A DNA stretch of 62,569 bases, counting the filler, from Collodictyon triciliatum (taxonomy: Eukaryota): the NCBI GenBank assembly GCA_043381765.1. It is 31 parts of 31 records of this genome, joined end to end, with 100 filler letters (N's around TTAATTAATTAA, not from the genome) between each part and the next. Parts side by side here need not be neighbours in the genome. Positions count along the whole stretch, not along the records: positions 44,533 to 46,451 come from JBHJMP010009908.1; positions 46,552 to 48,468 come from JBHJMP010009909.1; positions 48,569 to 50,484 come from JBHJMP010009910.1; positions 50,585 to 52,500 come from JBHJMP010009911.1; positions 52,601 to 54,515 come from JBHJMP010009912.1; positions 54,616 to 56,529 come from JBHJMP010009913.1; positions 56,630 to 58,543 come from JBHJMP010009914.1; 24 more parts are not named here. The stretch is one strand, 5' to 3'. The notes beneath the pieces are model-generated. The model saw nothing but the letters and a program-made list of their open reading frames with translations. It did no database searches and was not told the origin of the DNA. The translations under genes and the position numbers were made by a program. Numbering within the stretch: the stretch's first letter is position 1; each line of letters starts with the position of its first letter. Below, in pieces: positions 44,533-56,841 of this stretch.

Positions 44533-45609
44533 TCTGTCCCAGTGAAATCAAATAAGACTCCGACTCCATCAAAATCACCTACTTCTACAAAACCGAAAAA
44601 GGCTCCGACTGTACCGGCACCGTCTGCTCTTGCAACAGCAATCGACACTCCAATTCAATCGACACCATCTGTTTCCGCAACACCAATTGATACTCCAATT
44701 CAATCGGCGCCATTTTTCCCAGTGAAATCAAATAAGACTCCGACATCATCAAAATCACCTACTCATACGAAACCGAAAAAGGCTCCGACTGTACCGGCAC
44801 CGTCTGCTCTTGCAACAGCAATCGACACTCCAACTCAATCGACACCATCTGTTTCCGCAACACCAATCGATACTCCGATTTCATTAATAACATCTGCCCC
44901 CGCAACACCAATTGATACTCCAATTCAATCGACGCCATCTGTCCCAGTGAAATCAAATAAGACTCCGACTCCATCAAAATCACCTACTTCTACAAAACCG
45001 AAAAAGGCTCCGACTGTACCGGCACCGTCTGCTCTTGCAACACCAACCGACGCTCCGATTCAATCGACACCATCTGTTTCCGCAACACCAATTGATACTC
45101 CGATTTCATTAATAACATCTATTACAGTAAAACCATTTGAATTATCTGAGCTTGCCCAAACACAAAAACTAGGCTCGAAGAAAGAAGGAACCAAAAAAAA
45201 GATTAAAAGGGTGGTGGCTGAATCCATCGACCAGCTTCCTCAGCCATCGATAACAACCATCCCCAGTGAGAAGGTAGTGTCGACATGGGACTCAAATGTC
45301 TCGCACACCGAATTGAATTCAACTATCTCCCCTCGGAAAGCTTCCGCGGTCCTGCAAACGAGAAAATCAGAGGTCGAACAACTCGCTGATAAAAGCAGCC
45401 AAACGGGTATCGCTAATTCAATCACTACTCGAATCTATACCCCACAACAGATACTGCAGTCCGCCAGCCACCCAAAATCTCCCATGGCCGACCCACAACA
45501 GGCCAAGAGGCCTCTTGATTCGCCAGCTGACAAGCAGAAGCAACAAGTCGATAAGCGTGATGGGGGGCAGCAACCGAAAAAAAAGCAGAGAAATGGAAAG
45601 AGAGAATAA
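44533..45609 (+). CDS. Pro/Ser/Thr-rich repetitive ORF with basic C-terminus (host protein or retroelement ORF1 tail)
   Basis: Intronless open frame longer than 355 aa; nested 45-nt and 180/225-nt tandem units. Confidence 0.55.
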   Translation, partial: SVPVKSNKTPTPSKSPTSTKPKKAPTVPAPSALATAIDTPIQSTPSVSATPIDTPIQSAPFFPVKSNKTPTSSKSPTHTKPKKAPTVPAPSALATAIDTPTQSTPSVSATPIDTPISLITSAPATPIDTPIQSTPSVPVKSNKTPTPSKSPTSTKPKKAPTVPAPSALATPTDAPIQSTPSVSATPIDTPISLITSITVKPFELSELAQTQKLGSKKEGTKKKIKRVVAESIDQLPQPSITTIPSEKVVSTWDSNVSHTELNSTISPRKASAVLQTRKSEVEQLADKSSQTGIANSITTRIYTPQQILQSASHPKSPMADPQQAKRPLDSPADKQKQQVDKRDGGQQPKKKQRNGKRE

Positions 45610-46639
45610 CCGAAGCAACACGGTGGCCCATAAACTGACCCTCACACTTTTATTTATGAGTTATGAACACCCATCCACTCGTTGATGCATGCATACATAC
45701 ATACATACATACATACATACATACATACATACATACATACATACATACATACATACATACATACATACATACATACATACATACATACAAGAAGCCCAAA
45801 GTATTGAACTGAAGCAATACCGGGCATAAAGGGTAAAGAAATAAAATAAAAGTAAAAGTAATGAGTTATTTCTGTTTCGGCTGGTGAATGATTCTGCAAT
45901 GAGCCTGGTCGTGATATATCCAACGAAAGTGAACTCAAAACAAGTGTTGTGTGTCGAGAGTATAGGTGATAGCAATGGCGATAACAATTTCTTTTCGCAA
46001 CTACGATGGCGAACAAAAGCCGTGGCCTCTCCATCTCGCGCAAATCGAACAGACGAATAAAAAAAAAAAAAAAAAGCTCACGCTAAGCTTCACTCAGATT
46101 TTTCCGGTGAAGCCATGGAGGAGTCAGCCGACACACCCAACTTCCCTGCGGAGCAAAATACAACTGAGTATCTGTCAGGAACAAAGAGACAGTCTGGCTA
46201 TTGGTGGAGACCGCTCTCCTTCTCACCCAAAAGTATCCAAGCGCGCTTGAAGGAGGCTGAACAGTAATTTCCCGTTCTGTTTGTCTGCAATCGTTGAAGC
46301 GCTTACCGAGCCTTTTGAATATTTTATGATTACCAATATTATTAGCATTAGCATTAGTATTAGTATTAGTATTAGTATTAGTATTAGTATTAGTATTAGT
46401 ATTAGTATTAGTATTAGTATTAGTATTAGTATTAGTATTAGTATTAGTATTNNNNNNNNNNNNNNNNNNNNNNNNNNNNNNNNNNNNNNNNNNNNTTAAT
46501 TAATTAANNNNNNNNNNNNNNNNNNNNNNNNNNNNNNNNNNNNNNNNNNNNATAATTATAATAAAACAAAAAAAAAAACAAAAAAACAAAAAAACAAAAA
46601 AACAAAAAAACAAAAACAAAAAACAAAAGCGGATACGTG

Positions 46640-48231
46640 AGAATGCACGTGTCAGTGAATTTCACCTGCTTGAAAAATGACGGAAATATCCTTGTCAGCA
46701 TATCAGTAGTCTCTTCGAACTGCTCTGTGATTCCAACAAGTGAGTATGAAAATGCGAGTCGCACCTTCGCGATGTAAAGTGAAATTTGGTCCACCAGGCG
46801 GCATTCATCCTGGATTCCACACAAGTATCTCACTTCCGTATTATTTCGATACGAGCTAAATACTTCAGCCACAGTTAAGTTACAAATCACCTTCCCTTGT
46901 TCGCAGTCGTAGTTGTAGAGAGAAATCAATCTGTCCATAGGATGACGAAGTACGTTGAAATAAGCTATATCTCCCCGTCTCGACGAGGTTGTTCGGGTAT
47001 TGTACTGGAGATAGTCGTAGAAAAAAGTATGCGTGTCAAAGACCGCAGGTCGGGTTTGATTTATCATCTGAGATGCGCGGTACAGTCTTTCAGCACGGCT
47101 TGGGATTGATACATACGGATTCTTCTGTGGATGTCCTGTCATGTTCTTTCGACTATAAGATATGGTGGTAAACCGCCTATATTGTGGGGGGCAGTACCAT
47201 CCATGACGATCGTTTCTCTTTATCTTGCGCCCATATTTGCACTTTCTGGCATTTTGTCTTATATAAATTTGCATCGATGTTGAACCACATTTTGGAACAC
47301 GGTTGTAGAATATAACTTTGGGCTTTTCTGGGGGGCATTGGTCGGCTTGACTTAGAAGCATTTGGTCTGTGAATCGCAAACGAGGTAGTGGGTGAACAAG
47401 AACCTCACGAGCAACCCAGTCAAAGAGAGGAGGAATTCCGAGCTTTTCGGCCATTTCGAACATTTTTTTGCGCCTCTCCTGCTTCTCGAGCTCTTTCTTT
47501 CTTAAAAACTCGATCATCTCGGGTGTCAGGGGTCGGTTGATACCTGATGCAGTTTGGTTGTGCACCTCCCCATTTTCTCCTAAAGTTTTCCTTGCGCGCA
47601 CACCAGAACTACGGTCAGTATTTTTGTGAACTCTTTCGTCCACACCTTCTATGATAACGTTGTCATCATCCTCATTATCCTCATCTTCTAAGTCATTATC
47701 CTCGGCTTCATCGTTGCCCACTTTACCACGTAATGCTCTTTTTTTCAATTCGAATTCCGGCTCTTTGAAGTCCAGATCAAGGACACCCTGGTCATCAAAA
47801 TTATTTGGCAGGGGTGGGTTTCGATTGTCGTTGATTGGATTCTTTCTGATATTCATTCCCTCCTTAACATCTTTTAATTGCCTGCGTTTCTTTAATCTAT
47901 TTTGTTGCTCTTGATCTTGATTGGTGGCTTCGTTGTTTTGTAGATTCCTTAAGAATGCCCTTACAAATCCATTATTTTGTTGTGGAATAACGATGTTTGG
48001 AGGCTCTCGGTTGTAGTATTGTGCATCTGTATCACAAGAACTTGTGCCCACGTCGTTACAATCGGTATGTTTGTCTAAGTTCACAACTTGAGTAAGCAGA
48101 AGGGGAGTTCCTCTTTCATCACTTGTCACTAGCTTACCAACCATGTTATTCGAGTTAACTAGAACAAAGAATATGGTGCAAAAAAGTATCAAAAGGGCCA
48201 AAAAGAAAAGAAAAATTGGCCTGTGCAACAT
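46640..48231 (-). CDS. Golgi type-II membrane sulfotransferase, HS2ST/uronyl-2-O-sulfotransferase-like; 3' end missing
   Basis: N-terminal TM, stem region, 5'-PSB IFYNRVPKCGSTS, 3'-PB YFNVLRHPMDRLISLYNY, YLCG..C and YSLVGITEQFEE; lower exon boundary approximate. Confidence 0.9.
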
Positions 48232-48373
48232 CGCAAGTTGTTTGCTCCCCTAAATGAAATTAAAGTAAGTTCTTATGCTAAAGATTTGTTAAGCTTACTT
48301 GCAATCTGCATTACTAATATAAAACCCCAATGTAAATGATCTTTGAATCGAATAAAGACATGCAAACACCACA

Positions 48374-48468
<95 letters not shown>

Positions 48469-49422
48469 NNNNNNNNNNNNNNNNNNNNNNNNNNNNNNNN
48501 NNNNNNNNNNNNTTAATTAATTAANNNNNNNNNNNNNNNNNNNNNNNNNNNNNNNNNNNNNNNNNNNNGTGTCTTTGTGTCTTTGTGTCTTTGTGTCTTT
48601 GTGTCTTTGTGTCTTTGTGTCTTTGTGTCTTTGTGTCTTTGTGTCTTTGTGTCTTTGTGTCTTTGTTTATTATGTGTTTGTTTATTATGTGTTTGTTTAT
48701 TATGTGTTTGTTTATTATGTGTTTGTTTATTATGTGTTTGTTTATTATGTGTTTGTTTTTTTTTCCTTTATTCGATTCAAAGTGTTTATTATGTGATTAT
48801 TTATTATGTGATTATTTATTATGTGATTATTTATTATGTGATTATTTATTATGTGATTATTTATTATGTGATTATATATTTTGGGCTCTTGTTTTTGTTG
48901 AAGCACCTGTTGCACTTTCTCCTCTTCCCTATTCTTTGTGCGTGTGTATTATATCTATGACATATTTGGCATCTGCACTTCATGAATACGTGTGTTTACA
49001 GGCTACTTTAATTCTTCAGAAAGGAACTTTGGATTCGTTCTTGTTGAATTTGAGTGGAATGCTTGATATTGGTACATAGACCTTCTTTATTTATCACTTT
49101 TGCGACTCGTGTAGGCCCGTGAGTAATGTTTTCACAGGAATAACGCAGACGTTTTGCCTTTACACCAGATTCAAGTGAATCCAATTACAGCGCAATCCTG
49201 AAAGCCGTGCAGCTCTTAGTGACCCGGGGAACTGAATACGACAAGGATCAAAACAAAGTTTCATTTTATGAAAGACAAAAAGTTTTTTTTTTGTTTAGTG
49301 TTTTGCTCGAATGATGAAGATGAAGTAGGCGACCATTGCTTTCTCTGATTCTCTCCTTTGTGTCTGCCCACAACTACATTCGTTGGCTCTACCTGCGGTT
49401 TCACATCTCACTTGTTTGTAAG

Positions 49423-50197
49423 GTTTCGCACGACAAGCAAGGACATCCCGGCAACGAGGATGCGGACGCGGACAAAGGCAGGTTCGGCACCAACGAGGAC
49501 ACTTCTTCGAGCAGCAACGACAAAGCAGGAGTAATCCGGGAACAACAAGAAACCATCAAGGTACGTCCATCCCACAAAGACTCCAGCACGCGCCCTGCCG
49601 GGGGGCAATGCTCGCTGCACCCGCCACGGCACCGCCACAACCCACCCTCAACAGAAATCTGCACACGCCCAGAATCTTCGCCACCAGCTGACACAGCTCT
49701 CGGAGAGATACGTGCAGGCACGGAGCCCTTTTCTTTCCACAATCACAACCACAATCACAACCACAATCACAACCAAATCACAACCACAATCACAACCACA
49801 ATCACAACCACAATCACAACCACAATCACAACCACAACCACAATCACAACCACAATCACAACCGCAGAGCATCGGCACCATCATGCGACACACGGAGCCC
49901 ATGGAGCCTGCCGACCCGACGACCCCGCCAAAGCCCCGCCCCAGGTGAGTGTCCCCCAACGCCCTGCCGCTCCTCGCGCCTGCCCGGCCTGACCCGCCAC
50001 CCCGCAGGACCCCGCACGCCGCCGCCACACAGCCCGCCAGACGCCCGGCCCCGTCCAGCCCGCCGCTCGCGAAGCCCTCCGCAGCCAACACAAACGCAAA
50101 CGCAAACACTCACTCGCTCTCCCGGAGGACCAGCAGCACGGGCGCCCTCCACCCGGCCCCTGCCAGGCTTGCCGCTCTCTCCGGCTCCCGCAAATAG
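49423..50197 (+). CDS. Hypothetical protein, GC-rich 3' exons
   Basis: Four phase-compatible exons with GTACGT and GTGAGT donors and CAG acceptors, ending SGSRK*. Confidence 0.5.
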
Positions 50198-50290
50198 TGC
50201 GCCCAATACACCCGCACCACAGGCACGCACGGCGCCTTAGCGTCTTCTACACGGTTGGTTTATCCCCGCAGGATGGGCTGTGCGGTGCGC

Positions 50291-50484
50291 TTAGCAGGTG
50301 AGGTAGTTGATGAAGCTGGTGACCTCGCTGATTGTGCGCGAGTGGAAGGCCATCTGGATGTTGGAGACGCCGCCGGAGCAGAGGTGGCAGTACGACATGA
50401 TTGTTCCGCGGGTGGCGCCGCAGCCGGGGGTGGAGCCGCAGTAGTCGGCAGGAGGGTTGAGCTCGTGGGTGTGCGAGGCTCCGA
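50291..50484 (-). CDS. M12 (reprolysin-like) zinc metalloprotease, C-terminus
   Basis: GASHTH (third Zn ligand region) ... Met-turn GTIMSYCHLCSGGVSNIQMAFH; strong GC3 bias; ends at TAA. Confidence 0.8.
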
Positions 50485-51600
50485 NNNNNNNNNNNNNNNN
50501 NNNNNNNNNNNNNNNNNNNNNNNNNNNNTTAATTAATTAANNNNNNNNNNNNNNNNNNNNNNNNNNNNNNNNNNNNNNNNNNNNTGAGATGATTGTTTTG
50601 ATAAAGCGGCGACCATCAAGACGCGATGAGTGCTATATTTGAGATTCTCTTGGCGTTCTGGTAAGGATGTGTGAAACCTTGGCGTATACACTCTGCAAGA
50701 ATATGATATCTTTGCAGTTTACCTCGATTAATCACTTCGAATAAATCTACTACAGTGTAAGTCAGAGCAGGGCGAGCAGAATCCTTTAAACTGGTGTTTG
50801 ATGTGAGCATCTATGACGTCAACATTTCGAGCGGTGGAGTCATCCCGGTAACTCCAGTTATGGGCATGAACCGAAATCCCCATTCAGGATGGGACATAAT
50901 TATATAATGTACCGAGAATATAATTACAATATGTCCATACAAAAATTCCATTTTAGAACAATGTCCAATTTGTCCAACAAAGGAAGAAGAAAAACATAGT
51001 CGCACAAAAGGTTTATTGGGGAAAAGAATTGAACTGAATCAATAAAGTCCACATCAAACAACCAATTTTTCCAAACACACCGGTGAATAGGAGAAAAAGG
51101 CAATCGCACAATCACAAGCGATCGAAACTGGCACAAATTATTCCGTTGCGCTTCGTGGTAGCGTCACAAAATAACGCACAAACAGAAAGCGCCTGCGAGG
51201 CAAAGGTTGAGACGGGACGGTGTTGCTTTTGCCCACACAAAATATTCTTGTTGATGCCGTCGGTGTAGTTGGGCTGGGAAGCAAAAGAATGCCCGAAGCA
51301 AAGGTTTTCTGGCTGGATGACTGTAATTGCCCCAAGAGAGACAAAAACAGAAAGGCGTGGATGGACTCGTTGGCATAATTTTTTCTCGAATCCGGCCTGT
51401 CTTTGAGTTTGTGGTTGTTTGTTTGTTTGTTTGTTTGTTTGTTTGTTTGTTTGTTTGTTTGTTTGTTTGTTTGTTTGTTTGTTTGTTTGTTTGTTTGTTT
51501 GTTTGTTTTTTATGTCTGGCTCGATGTTTCAAATTGTCTGGAATCCTTTTTTTTTAAAAAAAAAAAAAACAATATCATCCAATCAACCTTTCTACCTTAG

Positions 51601-52283
51601 GAGTTTAGAGGATTTAGTTGAAGAGCCAAATAAAATAAATCTGTTTAGAGGAGTTACTATTAAACGGATTTATTCCTCAAAACCTTCGTCCCACCCCGCG
51701 AAGTGTTGAAGATGAACAGGTTATTCACAGTGTTTTGTAAACCCCATTATGTTGATTTTTCTTTTTCTTTTTCTTTTTCTTTTTCTTTTTCTTTTTCTTT
51801 TTCTTTTTCTTTTTCTTTTTCTTTTTCTTTTTCTTTTTCTTTTTCTCATTCTATGAGCCTTAAATCCTTTCTTACTGCTTAATCACGAGCAGCTCGTATG
51901 TGGAAGATTCGAACCCTACTGTGGAAGCATGGTCCAGCTACGTTCCTCGTGCAGTCATCCAGAGCATCCTTACTTCTGATGGGCCCATAGTCCCCTCCGT
52001 TAAAAAGTCGAGAGCGGGTTCGATTGATTGTACAGATATCGACTCTTTTATTAATCGAGATGAACCACAGACACACTTATTGTAGAGTATAGTGGGAGGA
52101 TTTTCTCTGGAGCTTTTCATCATTATATGTAGTTATTCAGAAGAGATGATGATGGTTGATTTGCTTATGGTATTTATTCACGTTCTCTATTGCAGCTATT
52201 CTGTTTGCAGACATTAGCGGGTTCACCAAGCTGAGTGAAGTTCTCGGGCATAGCGGAACGCAAGGTATCGAAATTCTGACAAG
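51601..52283 (+). CDS. Soluble adenylyl/guanylyl cyclase-like protein (ADCY10/sGC type), partial
   Basis: WSSYVPRAVI followed by spliced AILFADISGFTKLSEVLGHSGTQGIEILT. Confidence 0.8.
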
Positions 52284-53089
52284 GTAACCCGCTTTTATTA
52301 CCCAATATGTTGAATTAAGGAAGAAAACTTTAGTGTATTATGGCCTCGTGACAGTTAGTGAGAGCAAAATAATCATAATGATAACAACATCGCTTGTCTT
52401 ATCTTTTTATATTTTCTTTTTATATTTTCTTTTTATATTTTCTTTTTATATTTTCTTTTTATATTTTCTTTTTATATTTTCTTTTTATATTTTCTTTTTA
52501 NNNNNNNNNNNNNNNNNNNNNNNNNNNNNNNNNNNNNNNNNNNNTTAATTAATTAANNNNNNNNNNNNNNNNNNNNNNNNNNNNNNNNNNNNNNNNNNNN
52601 TTCTTTTTCTTTCTTTTTCTTTTTCTTTTCTTTTTCTTTTTCTTTCTTTTTCTTTTTCTTTTTCTTTTTCTTTTTCTTTTCCTTTCGTCTTCCATTTTCT
52701 TTTTCCTTTCTTTTTCCTTTTTTTTTTCTTTTTCTTTTTTTTTTTTTTTTCTTTTTCTTTTCCTTTCGTCTTCCATTTTCTTTTTCCTTTCTTTTTCCTT
52801 TCTTTTTACTTTTTCTTTCTTTTTTCTTTTTCTTTTTCTTTTTCTTCTTCCATTTTCTTTTTCTTTTTCTTTTTCTTTTTCTTTTTCTTTTTCTTTTTCT
52901 TTTTCTTTTTCTTTTTCTTTTTTTCTTCGACTCTACCAGTTAAAATCCACTCGGCAAAGCAGAAGAACACAAAGTCTAGCTCTCCCTCTCTAAGCTCTTT
53001 CACCACTACCTCCTCCTGCATCCCGCAATATGCCCTACTTTTTTCCCTGCAAGCCAAACACAAAACCAAAAAAACAAAATAATATGCAG

Positions 53090-54498
53090 AAATGGCACCG
53101 TTCTATGTTCACGTCTGCAACGAGCTTAAGCTGCCTGTGGATGAGACTTTCCTGGCCCAAACAAAAGCCGAGAACGAAGCCGAGTTGCAGCGCATCGACG
53201 ACAAGATCAAAGACGCGGAGGAGAATCTGGGCGAGTCGGAAGTGCGCGAGGCATACTTGTCCAAAGCTGTGCATTACGCAACCATCGGCGACAAGGAGAA
53301 TGCTCTGAGTGCATATCGACAGACGATCGAAAAGACTGTCGGTGTTGGGCAGAGACTCGATCTTGTCTTCACCACAATCCGCATCGGTTTCTTTTTCAAC
53401 GACGCCGACGTAGTCTCCCGCAACATCGAAAAGGCCAAAGTGTGCGTATTCATAACCGCATTATTCTGACATGCATATGACACTTTCATCGCTGCAACCC
53501 TCCTCCTTGTATTCAAGCGCACAGCAGTCAAGCTGAATTGATTGATGCCTGTTTTTCTTTGATATTTTTAAGAATTTCAATCATGATTGGACTTTTCATG
53601 GTATTTCTAACAAAAATGTAAAAACAATACGTATCTGAAAACAGCATGGTTGAAGAGGGGGGAGACTGGGAAAGACGTAATCGCCTGAAGGCCTACGAAG
53701 GCGCATATCTCATTTCCATCAGAGACTTCAAGAAAGCAGCGACTCTCTTCCTGGACACGTTGGCCACCTTCACGTCCTATGAACTGTGTAGCTACAAGCA
53801 GTTTATTTTTTACACAATCATCCTTGCCGTAGTTGCTAAGGACCGTGTAGTTCTCCGTCAGAAGGTTTCGCCATGATAACTGCATACAGCTTGCCCCTTG
53901 TTTTGTCTTTTATCAAACTGTTCCTTGGTATTCCGACGTTTCATTCGCCTTTTTCTTTTTCTTTTTCTTTTTCTTTTTCTTTTTCTTTTTCTTTTTCTTT
54001 TTCTTTTTCTTTTTCTTTTTCTTTTTCTTTTTCTTTTTCTTTTTCTTTTGTGGTACTATATTGATTCTGGTCTGTTTTGTTTTGTTTTAATTACAGCTCC
54101 TCTACGCTCCTGAAGTACTCGGGGTTGTCGACGAAATCCCGCACGCAAAAGACTTGATGAGCTCGCTCTACCAGTGCAACTACCGAGTCTTCTTCTTGGC
54201 TCTCGGTTCGTAGATTCCGTCTAATCGACCACACATATGTTTGCACCGTGTTGTGACCTAGCTCCCATGACCACATCACTGTTCAGACGTCCGTGGAGAC
54301 TAATTATTTCGTGCGGTTATTTCACTCAGCGGAGATCGCGGAGCAGATCAAACTCGACCGGTTCTTTGCCGTGCATCGCCGCTTCCTCACCAGAGAACTC
54401 CGCATTGTCGCATACACGCAATTCCTCGAGTCTTATCGCAGTGTCACCCTCGACTCTATGGCACAGTCATTCGGCGTAACTTCGCAGTTTATTGATCA
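53090..54498 (+). CDS. RPN7: 26S proteasome regulatory subunit Rpn7 (PSMD6), internal exons
   Basis: MAPFY...[63 protein letters not shown]. Confidence 0.97.
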
Positions 54499-54615
54499 GT
54501 CTGGGTTTTTATTCTNNNNNNNNNNNNNNNNNNNNNNNNNNNNNNNNNNNNNNNNNNNNTTAATTAATTAANNNNNNNNNNNNNNNNNNNNNNNNNNNNN
54601 NNNNNNNNNNNNNNN

Positions 54616-54809
54616 CTGTTAATTATCGTCACAGGACCACATTTGTGGACGTTTCCATATTTCATCATTGGTTAGATTGTCAGGGCTGAGCCATGTTTCT
54701 TGGAGGCAGATGATATCTGCGTGAGAGAAAAGAGCAGTGTTTAGGGCCTCTTTTCTTTTTCGGGGGTCGTTAATCTCCTAGCATTCCACGACGCAACAAT
54801 CTGCTGCAT
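54616..54809 (-). mobile_element. Degenerate LINE ORF2 AP-endonuclease N-terminus
   Basis: IVASWNARRL, a frameshift, then NDPRKRKEAL...ADIICLQETWL and a stop. Confidence 0.8.
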
Positions 54810-55325
54810 AGACCTCCATAATTTTTTTTTGGGGTAGGATAAAAGGATTCGTCACTGTGGTAACAGCGATTTCGGGTAAATTTCTCATGTTTTGTTTGTC
54901 GAGTACATTCCAAACATTCTGAGCAAATTATGTTTCATTGGGCGATGAGAACACACTTTTTTCGTGTGGAAAAAAAAAATGTTGTTGTTACTGGAGATAT
55001 TCATGTCTTTGGTTAGGCTTTGTTGTCAGAAATTTGCAGGACTCATCTTTTCATCTAAAATCAGACTGTTTTTCCACCTTGATACCGAATAATTCCAGGA
55101 ATTCTATGAAAAGTTACTGGTGCTTTATAAAAACGCAAACAATTGGCTGTCTTCCTACTGCCAATTTTTGGCAATATTCAGGCAGATAAATCCCACCGCT
55201 CCTTTAAGCTGTCGGTCGTTACCAAGCAACAACCACAACGGAGCGAAAAAAGCAGAATTTTTCTTTTTATGAGTGCCGTGAGTCTCCCAGGACGAAAGGT
55301 AATTCAGGGGAAGTTCCTATTGATT

Positions 55326-56390
55326 TTATTCATCCTCATTGGCTGGTATCCTCAATGGCAGGGTACTCCAGATGCTGAGGTCTGTGTGAAGGCGAAGTTC
55401 CTTTTCTCTCATTAAGTCAAGATTATCTAAAAGCTAATGAAAGATATTCAATTAAACGGGTCAAAAAAGCTGGAAAAGAATTATGAACTACATTAATATT
55501 TGGTCATCTGGTAATTTTCCATCCTCACACCTCGTCAGTGTCGAAGTAACTACTCATTTCTCGAACTGATTCAAGCCATAATCGCCGTGACCACGGACAA
55601 CGGTCAATCGCTCGGTAAAAAATCCTCTTGGTAGAATCGGCAGTTCCGCGATATAAATCCCATTGCAAGTACATTCTCCATAGCACCACAGAGGAAGGGC
55701 AGCTGAGGATTAAAGTTGATTAAGTTGATTAAGTTGAATAAGTTGAATTTATGAAAGCGTAATGAAATAGTAAGGTTGATTCGAATGGGATATTCTTTTC
55801 ATTCGGGTTAGCTGGATGCTAGATACCATAAATTTTTATGAGTGGCCGTGCACGTATTGATTGTATAACTCACTCTGATATATCGAATTAGATCACTTTT
55901 GAAACTTTACCTGGCTTCCTCAAGTGCCTTTTCGAATAATGACCGAATTCTGTATGGGGATGTATCTCTTTGGAGTTCGTACAAAATTGAAAAAATCCAA
56001 CCAACGGGAGTCTCATTTCTACATCGTGTTTTGTTAGGAGTATACATACCAACACGAATGTTCTATTTTAGGAATAGAACGTATAAAAGCAACGAGTAGC
56101 CTTCTAAAACCTTTCATACTTATATACATGATTCAAGATATACCTCGGATGTAGACTTATTTACATATTCTATTGGTATGTATTAATTAAAAACAAATTA
56201 CTTCGAAGATGTCTCGTCGAAATATCGGCGAATTCGAGCAGTCAAATTTGTTTTCATTTCAGATGAAACAAATACCCCCAGGAAATAGACATTATTTGGA
56301 AATAATTCTAGCGCAGAGCTGATATGGCAGCGAAATATTTTTGGGGGGCAAACGTGCCTTTCTTGGTGAAATCTAATAAGATGAATTTTT
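55326..56390 (-). CDS. NRDE2: NRDE2 (nuclear RNAi/splicing-associated HAT-repeat protein), last four exons
   Basis: ALELFPNN, RIRSLFEKAL, SSVVLWRMYL, KRIFYRAIDRCPWSRRLWL, LDLMREKELRL. Confidence 0.88.
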
Positions 56391-56433
56391 CTATGTCCCG
56401 TTAAGGAGCATTGGCAATTGATGGACACCGGAC

Positions 56434-56529
<96 letters not shown>

Positions 56530-56841
56530 NNNNNNNNNNNNNNNNNNNNNNNNNNNNNNNNNNNNNNNNNNNNTTAATTAATTAANNNNNNNNNNNNNNN
56601 NNNNNNNNNNNNNNNNNNNNNNNNNNNNNATTAAAACATATTAAAACATATTAAAACATATTAAAACATATTAAAACATATTAAAACATATTAAAACATA
56701 TTAAAACATATTAAAACATATTAAAACATATCAAAAAGTACAGTATTCTAGAATCATAAATACTCAAATATAATAATCTTATCTTGCAAGAATCCTGTCA
56801 TGATACATTTGGGGTCATCTCATGACTACCTCTATGTACAG

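Noticed and set aside
50728-50883. Minus-strand peptide WSYRDDSTARNVDVIDAHIKH resembling an OmpR DNA-binding tail
   Set aside because: Short, with no receiver domain; another frame fits the local splice sites better.
52601-52925. Repeated MEDERKRKRK peptide on the minus strand
   Set aside because: Local duplication inside a pyrimidine microsatellite upstream of an Rpn7 exon on the opposite strand.
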